From the IMG/VR virus record IMGVR_UViG_3300020152_000002, positions 1 through 64,000 of that record: a stretch of 64,000 bases of DNA, one strand, 5' to 3'. The position numbers and the translations under genes were made by a program. Position 1 is the first letter of the stretch, and every line of letters begins with the position of its first letter. The notes under the pieces were generated by a model. The model saw only the letters and a list, made by a program, of their open reading frames with translations, ran no database searches and was not told the DNA's origin. Positions 36,014 to 45,394 of this stretch are shown here, piece after piece. This DNA comes from a virus.

Positions 36014-39000
36014 ATGGCGGACTTGCCTGACGGCGATACGACGCTCTCCTATACCGGCTCGGCAGTCGAATACGACATCACCGAAGACGGCTTCATTCAT
36101 TTCAAGCTGTGGGGCGGCGCTGGCGCAGGCGGCGGGTTTTTTAGCGCCACCAGTGCGAACGCCTCGAAGGGCGGAGGCGGCGGGTTTGTCAGAGGCAAGC
36201 TCGAAGTCCAAGCTGGCGATGTCGTCAAAATCGAAGTCGGGCAAGGCGGTCAAAAAGGCAACGGCAACGCGCAGGCATTCGGCAGCGTCAACGGCGACGC
36301 GGGCTTGGGTGGTTGGCCGGATGGCGGCAATGGTGGCAGCAACCCCTACTCCGTAAATGGCGGTGGCGGCGGATCGACCCGCCTCTACATCAACAACGTC
36401 CTGATGGCGGCCGCAGGTGGCGGTGGCGGATCGGGCGGGGTGGATGGTCGCGGTCCCGGCGCGGGCGGCGGCCTCAACGGCGCTGATGGTCAAGACCCTA
36501 CAAACACCGGCTGCGGCACGGGTGGCTCGCAGTTGGCGGGCGGCGTCAATGGTTTCGCTCCGGCGACCACGAACTATCATGGCGCGTCGCTTGACGGAGG
36601 CAACGGCTGGCCCTCTGGCGTGTCGTCGATCTCGACCAGCAGCGACGCAACCGGCGGCGGTGGTGGGGGCGGCTATTATGGCGGTGGTGGCGGCGGCCGT
36701 GCCGGGGGATATTGTTCGAGCGGCGGTGGCGGCTCTAGCTACGCGGACGCTTCGGCTACGGACGTTGTTCACGAGCAAGGATCGCTGCACCTAGCGGGAG
36801 GCAATACCGACCCGGACTATGCAGCCGGGATCGGTGTCGGCGGCACGACATCGACGGTAACAACGTCGATCACGGCAGGCGGCAACGGTCGCGCTGTCCT
36901 TGAGTTCGCCAAGCCGCTCGACGTTTCAGAGCCGGTAGTGATTGGCTACTCGGGCGCTGCCGAAGTTTACGAAGTCCTCGAAGACGGCTTCCTTGAGATC
37001 AAGTCGTGGGGCGCTGGCGGCGGTGGCGGTATCGTTCACAGCAGCATTCAGACGACGGGCTATCGCACGGGCGGCGGCGGGTATGCGCGCGGCGTCCTGC
37101 CGGTGTCGGCAGGCGACATCATCCGCGTCGAAGTCGGGCAAGGTGGACGCCGCGCCGAGAGTGAGACGACAGGATCGGCAGGCGGTTGGCCGGATGGCGG
37201 GCGAGGCACCCAAGGCGCGTCTGGCGCTGGCGGGAACTTCTACCGTGGCGGCGGTGGCGGGGGCTCGTCGCGGGTCTACCTGAACGACGTGCTGATCCTC
37301 GTCGCTGGGGCCTCCGGGGGCGGCTGCCGGGGCTATGGCGGCGCTGGTGGGGGTGAGACTGGCGGGACGGCCTTCGGCGGGGCCACAGGCGGCTCCCAGT
37401 CGGCCGGGGGATCGGTCGGCGGGGCCTTCCTGCGCGGCGCTGACGCTCCGATTGCGCCGACGACCGGGGCAAGCTCGGGCGGCGGTGGGGGCGGCTACTA
37501 TGGCGGCGGCTACGACGGTGACGATACGAACGTCAACGGTGGCGGTGGCGGGTCCAGCTATCGCAACACTTCGGTCGCTGCCTTCGGCGAAGTGGCCCAA
37601 GGCACGAATGGTAGCGCAGGCACGGCCGCGAAGACGGATGACCCGGATTACGTCGCCAACGCCGGTCGCGGTGGTCAGACCTATGCGGGTCCGGCGACAA
37701 CGACGCACGGTGATAACGGCCTTGTCGTCATCCGTGGAAACGACGGTGCAGACTATGCGCTCGTTCAGGAAGAACAGACTGGCATCGCCGCCACGGGAGC
37801 CTCGCAAGAGTGGGTGATCCCCGCGAATGGCGTGTTCAAGGCGGACATGTGGGGCGCAGGCGGTGGCGGAGCTTACTCCGGCCTCGTCGGGGGTCCATAT
37901 CCACCCGGCGGCGCAGGCGGTCATACCTACGTCGAAGTGCCGGTGCTCGAAGGCGACGTGTTGCGCGTCGATGTCGGCAAGGGCGGTCTGCGCGGTCGCC
38001 AGCCGAACAATCCAGCGGGAGGCGGTTGGCCGGATGGCGGCAGCGCCGGGAGCAACACGAGCAGTTCGTCCGCCTGCGGATCGGGCGGTGGTTCGACGCG
38101 CATCTTCGTCAATGACATCCTCGTCGCTGTCGCTGGCGGCGGTGGAGGCGGCGGCATTCCGGGTCGCGGCGCGACGCCGGGCGCAGGTGGCGGCGAGAGC
38201 GGCACAACGTCAGTCGATAGTTCGTCGGCCGTCAATGCGGCCACGGGCGGATCGCAGTCTGCCGGGGGCGTCAATGTCTCCTACCCGACCGACGCGGGTT
38301 ATCAGGGCGGATACCTTCAAGGCGGCAACGGTCGTCCGGCCGGGATCGCGGTCGGCACCGAAGACAGCCGTAACGCGGCGGGAGGCGGCGGAGGCTACTA
38401 TGGGGGTGGCGGTGCTGGCCTGACCGGCAGCTACTTCCGCGCTGGCGGTGGCGGCTCGGGCTATGTTCAAGACGGGCTTGCCGGGGAAACGACGGCAGGC
38501 TCGGCGGGAGTTCCGCCAGAGACCAGCAACCCGAACTACCCCGGCGGCAACGTCGGTTACGGAGGCAACGGCACTGGCTCGCTGGGCACTGTCCAGAACG
38601 GCTACGACGGGTTTGTCAGCTACTACTATGAACCGCTGTCCTACGTCGTTGGCGAGATCGGCACGGTCACGCGCAGCGGCGTCATCGACGCCACGGTTAC
38701 AGGCGCGGTGGACAAGTCCGCCGACATCGGCACGGTGGCGATCTCTGCAATCACCGGGATCGGTGATGGCGGAACGGTCGTCAACGCGCTGCTGGGGCCT
38801 ATCGAAGTCGCCATCACCGCGCCTATCGGTGTCGGCCGAGTGCAGAACGGGTGGGAAGGAGACTTGCCCGGCCCGGTGACGATCACGGCCCCCTCCGCCA
38901 TCGCCGATACGGCCGTGTATGCGATTGGCGGAATCGGCACCATCACGATCCTGTCCCTGATCGAAGGCGCTCCCGAACAGGAAGCCAACGTCGTCCTTGA

Positions 39001-40261
39001 TCTCGTCTTCGAGTTCGACGGCGGGGTGGAGATCACGACGGAACTGGAAGCGTCGGCGACGGGGCTGGCGGCGCTCGACGGCAGCTTTGGCGATGCCGTT
39101 GTCATCGCGCCGGTCAACGGCTTCTATTCGTCGGAAGACCAAGACACCGAAGTCGAGTTCGGCGGTGAGATCGTCGTCGTGCCGCTGGAAGGCTACGCGG
39201 CGCAAGCCATCGTCGAGCCCGAGCTTCCCCACGCCTTCACCACCGAGAGCCTGCTTGAGGCGTCGGCGACCGGCGCGGCTGCGATCTCGGCGCGCATCAG
39301 CTTCATCCCGGAGAACGGGCAAGGCGGGGGCGTCGGGATCGGCAAGATCGAAGCGACGCCTTCGACGCCGGACATGGAGACCAGCGGAGATGTCGGTCGT
39401 GTCTCTATCGACCCGATCCTCGGCGTTGGTCTGTCCGGCGACGACGTGGTGCTGGCGGTCGGTATCATGCCGGATCGCGTGTCGCTAGAATGGACGAACA
39501 CGAACGACAATCAGGCAACCGGGCAGGGGGCGGCTTTCGCTGTCCTGAACGCTGGCGGAAGCTCGAACCCGGCTGACAACTATCTGTTCCGCGTCTGGCG
39601 AAACACGAACATCGACGGGTCTGCGGTCGGCGCAGCAGATGTCACCGCCGACATCACCGCGACTGTCACCTTCGCGTCGCCTCAAGGCGTCACGGTTCGC
39701 GGGCAGAGCATCCTTGCCCCCATCGGAACGATCTTCGTTCGTCGGACCCTTGGCGGAGCCGGTGATGACCCGGCATTCGAGGGCGACGCGCTGGCGGGTG
39801 CTGATCTGGTTGACATGCCGGTCATCATCACGCCGCCGGAGAGCGAATACGGCGTCGAAGGCGAGGCGACCGGGCAAGGCCAACTGACCATCGTGATCCT
39901 GCCGCCGGAGGGCTCGGCGGACGTGGGGCAGGAGATCGGCTTCGATCTGCCCGGCCCCATCGTCCTGACGGCCCCGGAGGGCGCTGGCTGGACCGTGGAC
40001 GCCGAGTCCACCGCCGAAGCGGACCTGACGGCCGTCGTGACCCTGCTGCCGCCCGAGGCGCAGCCCACGATCAGCCTGACGGTCGCCCTGCCCGGCCCCG
40101 TGGCCGTTTCCCCGGTGACGACGGCCTTCCGGGTGATCGCTACGGCCGGGACGGCGTTGTTCGTTCGGCAGGTGAGCGGCGAGGCCGTTTTCCGCCGAGT
40201 TGAAAACGCAGTCGCGGTCGTAGAGGATAGGATCGAAAGAACTGCCGTCATCCGGGGCTGA
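36014..40261 (+). CDS. giant glycine-rich virion fibre/adhesin with three polyglycine domains
   Basis: Three repeats of WGAGG...GGWPDGG...GGGGGYYGGG...GGGGS, then ~540 aa of beta-rich repeats. Confidence 0.85.
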   Translation: MADLPDGDTTLSYTGSAVEYDITEDGFIHFKLWGGAGAGGGFFSATSANASKGGGGGFVRGKLEVQAGDVVKIEVGQGGQKGNGNAQAFGSVNGDAGLGGWPDGGNGGSNPYSVNGGGGGSTRLYINNVLMAAAGGGGGSGGVDGRGPGAGGGLNGADGQDPTNTGCGTGGSQLAGGVNGFAPATTNYHGASLDGGNGWPSGVSSISTSSDATGGGGGGGYYGGGGGGRAGGYCSSGGGGSSYADASATDVVHEQGSLHLAGGNTDPDYAAGIGVGGTTSTVTTSITAGGNGRAVLEFAKPLDVSEPVVIGYSGAAEVYEVLEDGFLEIKSWGAGGGGGIVHSSIQTTGYRTGGGGYARGVLPVSAGDIIRVEVGQGGRRAESETTGSAGGWPDGGRGTQGASGAGGNFYRGGGGGGSSRVYLNDVLILVAGASGGGCRGYGGAGGGETGGTAFGGATGGSQSAGGSVGGAFLRGADAPIAPTTGASSGGGGGGYYGGGYDGDDTNVNGGGGGSSYRNTSVAAFGEVAQGTNGSAGTAAKTDDPDYVANAGRGGQTYAGPATTTHGDNGLVVIRGNDGADYALVQEEQTGIAATGASQEWVIPANGVFKADMWGAGGGGAYSGLVGGPYPPGGAGGHTYVEVPVLEGDVLRVDVGKGGLRGRQPNNPAGGGWPDGGSAGSNTSSSSACGSGGGSTRIFVNDILVAVAGGGGGGGIPGRGATPGAGGGESGTTSVDSSSAVNAATGGSQSAGGVNVSYPTDAGYQGGYLQGGNGRPAGIAVGTEDSRNAAGGGGGYYGGGGAGLTGSYFRAGGGGSGYVQDGLAGETTAGSAGVPPETSNPNYPGGNVGYGGNGTGSLGTVQNGYDGFVSYYYEPLSYVVGEIGTVTRSGVIDATVTGAVDKSADIGTVAISAITGIGDGGTVVNALLGPIEVAITAPIGVGRVQNGWEGDLPGPVTITAPSAIADTAVYAIGGIGTITILSLIEGAPEQEANVVLDLVFEFDGGVEITTELEASATGLAALDGSFGDAVVIAPVNGFYSSEDQDTEVEFGGEIVVVPLEGYAAQAIVEPELPHAFTTESLLEASATGAAAISARISFIPENGQGGGVGIGKIEATPSTPDMETSGDVGRVSIDPILGVGLSGDDVVLAVGIMPDRVSLEWTNTNDNQATGQGAAFAVLNAGGSSNPADNYLFRVWRNTNIDGSAVGAADVTADITATVTFASPQGVTVRGQSILAPIGTIFVRRTLGGAGDDPAFEGDALAGADLVDMPVIITPPESEYGVEGEATGQGQLTIVILPPEGSADVGQEIGFDLPGPIVLTAPEGAGWTVDAESTAEADLTAVVTLLPPEAQPTISLTVALPGPVAVSPVTTAFRVIATAGTALFVRQVSGEAVFRRVENAVAVVEDRIERTAVIRG

Positions 40262-40264
40262 TCC

Positions 40265-40636
40265 GTGGCTGATCTCACCAGCGTTCCTACTCAAATCGAC
40301 TTCACGATGCCGTCCGGCGACAGCCGCACGATCAAGGTCAAGTGCATCGGTTCGGATAAGTCGCCGTTCTCGTTGGCGGAAGCCAATCAGATCAGGTGGC
40401 AGATCGCGCGCTCGGTGCGCGGTCCTGCGATGCTGTCGAAAGACCTGTCCGAAGGCGTCGAGATCGTGCAGGATGGCGACGACTGGTATATTCAGGTGGA
40501 GATCGACCCGGCTGACACCGAAGGCATGAAGGGCGACTACTATCACGAGTGCGAAGTGCGTTTCACGGATGGCGCAGTTCTCACTCCATTCGCGGGCGTC
40601 GTGACGGTCGTGGAAGACTTGGTGAGGGACACCTAA
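40265..40636 (+). CDS. BppU-N/Ig-like virion protein
   Basis: GDSRTI...IDPADT...YYHECEV...G.VTV. Confidence 0.65.
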   Translation: MADLTSVPTQIDFTMPSGDSRTIKVKCIGSDKSPFSLAEANQIRWQIARSVRGPAMLSKDLSEGVEIVQDGDDWYIQVEIDPADTEGMKGDYYHECEVRFTDGAVLTPFAGVVTVVEDLVRDT

Positions 40637-41169
40637 TGGCGATCACGCTTCGCATCCAGAACGACACCGGCCGCACCGAGAACGCGAACAGCTACATCGA
40701 CGTGGAGTGGTTTCAGGAGTATGCCGCCGAGAGCGGCTACGATGTCGAAGGCACGTTCGACGACGAGGAAGATCAGAAGGTTCATCTCGTCCGCGCCTTC
40801 CGCTACATGAACACCCGGTTCAACTACAAGGGCGAGATGACTGCCTACGATCAGTCGTCCGCTTTCCCGCGCTACAACCTGACGGATCGCAACGGCTACC
40901 TGATCTCCGGCGTCCCGCTCGCCGCCAAGCAGGCGCAGGCCGAGTATGCGTGGCTGTCGAAGACGCTGGACGGCGGCCTGAACCCGACCCCGACGCGGGA
41001 CGCAACCGGCGCTCGCATTACGCAGGTGAGCGAACGGGTCGGGCCGATCAGCGAGAGCAAGTCGTTCGCCAGTGGCGGGGCCTTCGAGATGCCGGAGTAT
41101 CCGGTGCCTGACGGCATCCTTCGCGCTGCCGGGTTCATCGTGACCGGCGGAACCATCATTCGGGGATAG
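40636..41169 (+). CDS. head-tail adaptor (DnaT-like family)
   Basis: TG..NANSYI...FPR...GVP...AQAEYA...VGPISE; TAATG start. Confidence 0.8.
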   Translation: MAITLRIQNDTGRTENANSYIDVEWFQEYAAESGYDVEGTFDDEEDQKVHLVRAFRYMNTRFNYKGEMTAYDQSSAFPRYNLTDRNGYLISGVPLAAKQAQAEYAWLSKTLDGGLNPTPTRDATGARITQVSERVGPISESKSFASGGAFEMPEYPVPDGILRAAGFIVTGGTIIRG

Positions 41170-41171
41170 TA

Positions 41172-41567
41172 GTGTCGGAATACAGTTCCGCCATCGACCT
41201 AGCTGCCCGTCTGATCATCAAGAAGGGCCGCGAAGTCATCTTCCGTCACAAGGTGGCGGCACCGACCGATGGAACGCCATCGGGGGCGGACGATGAGCCG
41301 TGGAACAAGGCTGACCCTAGCTGGCCCACGCAGAAGCTCAAGATGGTCTTTCTGGACTACGAGCAGAAAGAGATCGACGGGACCAACATCAAATCCGGCG
41401 ACAAGAAGGTGCTGATGTTCGCCAAGGGCGTCAAATACCAACCGAACACGTCGGATCAGATCGTCGAGCTTCCGAAGCACGGCGGCAAGACGTGGAACAT
41501 CGTCGATGTCGATAAGCTGCAACCGGGCGAAGAAGTCGTCATGTATACGCTGCAAGTGAGGCGGTAA
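41172..41567 (+). CDS. head-tail stopper/joining protein
   Basis: A.RLI.K.GR...IDGT.I..GD...Y.LQVRR. Confidence 0.8.
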   Translation: MSEYSSAIDLAARLIIKKGREVIFRHKVAAPTDGTPSGADDEPWNKADPSWPTQKLKMVFLDYEQKEIDGTNIKSGDKKVLMFAKGVKYQPNTSDQIVELPKHGGKTWNIVDVDKLQPGEEVVMYTLQVRR

Positions 41568-42064
41568 TGGCGTCCTATACACCCGCAGAAGCTCGCCGCT
41601 GGATTTTGAAGACCTTTCAGGCGACATGGGCCGACCCCGACAAGGGTTGGCGCGGTATCAAGGATGAGATGGGTGATCCGATCTCCTTGGCCGCCGAACC
41701 GCGTATCGACTGGGAGAACGTCGAAGACGAGAACACGCCGGACGTAACAGAGCCGCATCTGTTCGTCTACGTCCGGCACTACGCTTCAAATCCGGCCACG
41801 GTTGGAGGCGAGACGCGCAAGATCGTGACCCGCCGGGGCTTCGTGCTGGTGCGGGTTTGGGTTCCTGCCGACAGTGGCTTGAAAACCGCCGACGCCATCA
41901 GCTACGTTGTCAAGACGGCTTTCGAGCGGAAGCGTGGCGTGGGTGCTGGATCGGGGATCATCTTCCGGTCGTGGCGGCCTACCGAAGCGGGTCCGCAGAA
42001 GAACGGCACCTTCCTGACCGTTTCGACGGTTGACTTTGAATACGACGAGATCACAGGGGTCTAA
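41567..42064 (+). CDS. tail terminator protein
   Basis: Position before the tail tube; IDWEN...V.V.VP..SG...DFEYDE. Confidence 0.75.
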   Translation: MASYTPAEARRWILKTFQATWADPDKGWRGIKDEMGDPISLAAEPRIDWENVEDENTPDVTEPHLFVYVRHYASNPATVGGETRKIVTRRGFVLVRVWVPADSGLKTADAISYVVKTAFERKRGVGAGSGIIFRSWRPTEAGPQKNGTFLTVSTVDFEYDEITGV

Positions 42065-42067
42065 CCG

Positions 42068-43948
42068 ATGGTCAACAAGGTTGACGCGAACTTCACCGGC
42101 CTGCGCTACGCCAAGGAAGTGCAGGGCCAGCCCGGCGTCCTGCCCGGCGAGGAAGGCAACTCCGGCTCGCCGATCTGGCTTGAGCTTGAGCCGAACAGCT
42201 ACTCGGACTTCGGCGCGGAAGTCACCACGACCGCCCGCTCGCCGATCACCGCCGGGCGGCAGAAGAAGAAGGGCCGCGTCACCGATCTCGACGCCAACGG
42301 CGGCTTCCAGATCGACTTCACCGGCAACAACATGGTGGACCTTCTGGACACCTTCATGTTCGCCGACTGGCGCGCTGCCGCCACCGTCACTCGCATCGAG
42401 AGCGTGACCGGCGCGACCGACCGCTACACGAAGACCGGCGCGTTCGGCTCGGGCTTCGCGGCCGGTGATCTGGTCTTCGCGTCGGGCTTCGTGCTCGACG
42501 CCAACAACGGGCTCAAGGCGATCTCCGCCGTCAACGCCGACTACATCACGGTCGGCGACGGTCTGGTGGATGAAGCCGCCACCGTGCAACCGGCCGATCT
42601 CGCCGGTTACGTCTTCGGCATCGTGATCGAAGCCGATGGCGACAACGGCTACGGCAGCGACGTGGAAGTCAGCTACACCGCCGAAGCGGGCGACGACATC
42701 GACGACGTGGGCAACGCCCTCGTCGCGCTGCTGGCGGCGCACACCCCGGCGGTGACGGCGACCTACACCGCCGCCACCGATGTCCTGCAAATCGCCTCGG
42801 CGGAGAACGCTGGTGACAGCGTGATCACCGCGACGGTCACGGACCCGCAGGGCTATGTGCAGACGGGCATGGCCCCGACCATCGAAGCGGCGACCGGCAC
42901 CCCCGCCGACACGCGCGACGTGGACTGGACGGCCGCCGCGACCGCCGTGGACTACATCGAATACGGCAAGCTGCAACGCATCGGCGTTCAGTCCGCCGCT
43001 GGCGATCTGGACGTTGACGCCGCCACCGATCCGCTGCACCCGGCGCTGACCAGCACGACGCTGGACTTCACCGACTACGGTCTGATCCCCGGTCAGTGGG
43101 TCTACATCGGCGGCGACGCGGCGGGCACCCGGTTCACGAACGCCGGGAACAACGGCTTCGCCCGCGTCTTCTCGGTGTCGGCGAACCGGCTGGCGTTCGA
43201 CAAGACGCAGAACACGATGGTCAACGAGGCCAACGCCGCGCAGACCGTCCGCCTGTTCTTCCCGGACCTGATCAAGAACGAGGCCGACCCGGACCTGATC
43301 GTGACCAAGACGGTCCAGTTCGAGCGGAAGGTCGTCGTCGGCTACGAATACCTGATGGGTTCGCACGGCAACGAACTGACGATCAACATGCAGACCGCCG
43401 ACAAGATCACGGTGGATATGGCGTTCGTCTCGTTCGACGCCGACCCGACCGAGAGCCGGAAGCCGGGTTCGTTCCCGCCGATCCGCACCGCGCCGGAAGC
43501 GTTCAACACGACCAGCGATGTCGTCCGCATCCGTGCGTCGAAGCAAGGCAGCGCCTCGCCGCTGTTCGGCTTCGTGCAGGAGATGTCGCTGTCCATCAAC
43601 AACAACGTCGAGCCGTTGAAGGCCATCGGCGTCCTCGGGGCCTTCGACGCCAGCATTGGCGACTTTGAAGTCACCGGGGACATCACGGCCTACTTCAACG
43701 ACATCGAAGCGGTGCAAGCCGTCCGCAACTCGGACAGCCTGTCCATCGACTTCGCGCTGGCCTTCGACAACCAAGGCTGGCTGTTCGACGTGCCGCTGTT
43801 CACCGGCTCGAACGGGATGCTGAACGTGGAGAAGGATCAGGCCATCACGATCCCGGTGGGGATCGAGGCGGCCGAAGACCCCGATCTGCACACCACCCTG
43901 ATCGTCTGCTGGTTCCCCTACCTGCCCTCGGTGGCGATGGCGAACTAG
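42068..43948 (+). CDS. major tail tube protein with an inserted ~110-aa domain
   Basis: KVDANFTGLRYA.E...LEPNSYSDFG...RSPI..RQ.KKG..TDLDA.GGF (YuA-like tube). Confidence 0.9.
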   Translation: MVNKVDANFTGLRYAKEVQGQPGVLPGEEGNSGSPIWLELEPNSYSDFGAEVTTTARSPITAGRQKKKGRVTDLDANGGFQIDFTGNNMVDLLDTFMFADWRAAATVTRIESVTGATDRYTKTGAFGSGFAAGDLVFASGFVLDANNGLKAISAVNADYITVGDGLVDEAATVQPADLAGYVFGIVIEADGDNGYGSDVEVSYTAEAGDDIDDVGNALVALLAAHTPAVTATYTAATDVLQIASAENAGDSVITATVTDPQGYVQTGMAPTIEAATGTPADTRDVDWTAAATAVDYIEYGKLQRIGVQSAAGDLDVDAATDPLHPALTSTTLDFTDYGLIPGQWVYIGGDAAGTRFTNAGNNGFARVFSVSANRLAFDKTQNTMVNEANAAQTVRLFFPDLIKNEADPDLIVTKTVQFERKVVVGYEYLMGSHGNELTINMQTADKITVDMAFVSFDADPTESRKPGSFPPIRTAPEAFNTTSDVVRIRASKQGSASPLFGFVQEMSLSINNNVEPLKAIGVLGAFDASIGDFEVTGDITAYFNDIEAVQAVRNSDSLSIDFALAFDNQGWLFDVPLFTGSNGMLNVEKDQAITIPVGIEAAEDPDLHTTLIVCWFPYLPSVAMAN

Positions 43949-43954
43949 CCGGGC

Positions 43955-44013
43955 TTGCCAGCCTTCTAACGGCCGGATATGTTGAGGGCCGCCCTAGTCG
44001 GGGCGGCCCTTTT
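43955..44013 (+). promoter_or_regulatory. overlapping promoter and terminator
   Basis: TTGCCA-N17-TATGTT, then AGGGCCGCCC-TAGTCG-GGGCGGCCCT-TTT. Confidence 0.65.
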
Positions 44014-44039
44014 CACGTCACCATCACAGGACAGTCCCA

Positions 44040-44546
44040 GTGGCGAAGCAACCAGCTTTCAACCCGTTCGCGCAGTATGAAGTGAACGAAGACCTTGAGA
44101 CGGCGGGCGTCTGGCTCGTCGATCCGTTCCACCGTATGCGCGTCGCTCGCGCGGGCGGTCGGAACACGAAGTTCAACACGATCTACGAGGCGCTGACGAA
44201 GCCCTACAAGCGCGCCATCCAGACGAAGACGCTGCCCAAGGACATCGACCTTGAACTGTCCCGCGAACTCTACGCGAAGGCGGTCATCACCGGCTGGTCC
44301 GTGGCCGAGATCGAGCAGAAGGACGGCCGCAACGTCGCCAAGCGCGATGAGAAGGGCGAGATCATCTGGATCGACGGCAAGATGTTCGACCCGGTGACGT
44401 TCGAGATCATCGACGTGTCGGTGGAGAAGATCGTCGAGACCTTCCGCGTGAAGCCGGAGCTTTACAGCTACGTCGTCGAGCGCGCCAACGACGTGACCAC
44501 CTTCCGCGACGAAGACGCGGACGAAGCCGACGTGGGAAACTCCTAG
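44040..44546 (+). CDS. tail assembly chaperone (G)
   Basis: E..GVW...VARAGG.N; slippery GGGAAAC at 44534-44540. Confidence 0.85.
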   Translation: MAKQPAFNPFAQYEVNEDLETAGVWLVDPFHRMRVARAGGRNTKFNTIYEALTKPYKRAIQTKTLPKDIDLELSRELYAKAVITGWSVAEIEQKDGRNVAKRDEKGEIIWIDGKMFDPVTFEIIDVSVEKIVETFRVKPELYSYVVERANDVTTFRDEDADEADVGNS

Positions 44547-44956
44547 CGTTCCTCGAATACCGCTTCAAATACGGGGACAACGAAAAGAGCATGATCGAGC
44601 AGTCATTGCGGGGACACGGCAAGTTGCCGGACCCGATAATGAACGCTCCTGAACTGTTCCCTTGGTTGTCCCCGTATTACGACGCATTCGAGGAACTGGT
44701 GGGAGAGCGCCGGTTTGACGGGATGACCGGCGAACACAGTCCGATCCCGTGGACTGCCATCGACCGCTACGCCCTGCGGCACCGGCACGGCGTCGGACGT
44801 GATTTCCCGACTCTGCTGCGGTATATCCGGGAGCTAGACTTCAAGCACCGGAAGCTCATCCGGGACAGCAGGCCGAAGCCGCAGGATCGCGGCGGCAATA
44901 AGTCGGGCAAGCCCGCTTCTGTCCCCAAGAGAAGGCCGCCGCGTCGCAGAAGGTAA
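44534..44956 (+). CDS. tail assembly chaperone -1 frameshift extension (T)
   Basis: The -1 frame is open from G GGA AAC into the 44591 ORF (PIPWTAI..YA). Confidence 0.8.
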   Translation, partial: GKLLAFLEYRFKYGDNEKSMIEQSLRGHGKLPDPIMNAPELFPWLSPYYDAFEELVGERRFDGMTGEHSPIPWTAIDRYALRHRHGVGRDFPTLLRYIRELDFKHRKLIRDSRPKPQDRGGNKSGKPASVPKRRPPRRRR

Positions 44957-44968
44957 TCGGAGGCGGCG

Positions 44969-45394
44969 ATGGTCTCGCGCGTAGGCTCAAACCAGTTCAG
45001 TAAGCGCCTGCGTCTCCGCAAAGAACAGTTCAAGGGCGCGTCCGAAAGGATGCTCAAGAACGCCGCCCGCGCCGCACTCGAAGTGATGGTGGCGAATACT
45101 CGGGTCGATACGTCGCGGGCCGTCTCCAACTGGATCGTTACCCGCGACGGCCCATCCTCTGACTTCATTCCTGCTTATTCGCCGGGCAAGAAGGGCTCGA
45201 CGGCCGCCCTGTCCATGGCCGAAGCTCTCGCCATGGGGCGGGCCGAGATCGAGGCATTCGACATCAACGCGGACCTCGACTTGTTTATCACGAATAACAC
45301 CCCGTATCTTCGCTACATCGAAGGCTCTGCCCTTACTGCCATGGGGCAGCAGGCCGCGAAATCAGCACTCGTCGGGGCAAGACTGTTCAGCTAA
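44969..45394 (+). CDS. HK97 gp10-like tail completion protein
   Basis: TRVDTSRAVSNW...FITNNTPY. Confidence 0.8.
   Translation: MVSRVGSNQFSKRLRLRKEQFKGASERMLKNAARAALEVMVANTRVDTSRAVSNWIVTRDGPSSDFIPAYSPGKKGSTAALSMAEALAMGRAEIEAFDINADLDLFITNNTPYLRYIEGSALTAMGQQAAKSALVGARLFS

Noticed and set aside
36014-38640. Collagen-like or PE-PGRS protein, or a DGR target
   Set aside because: No Gly-X-Y periodicity; no reverse transcriptase or adenine-variant TR/VR pair seen.
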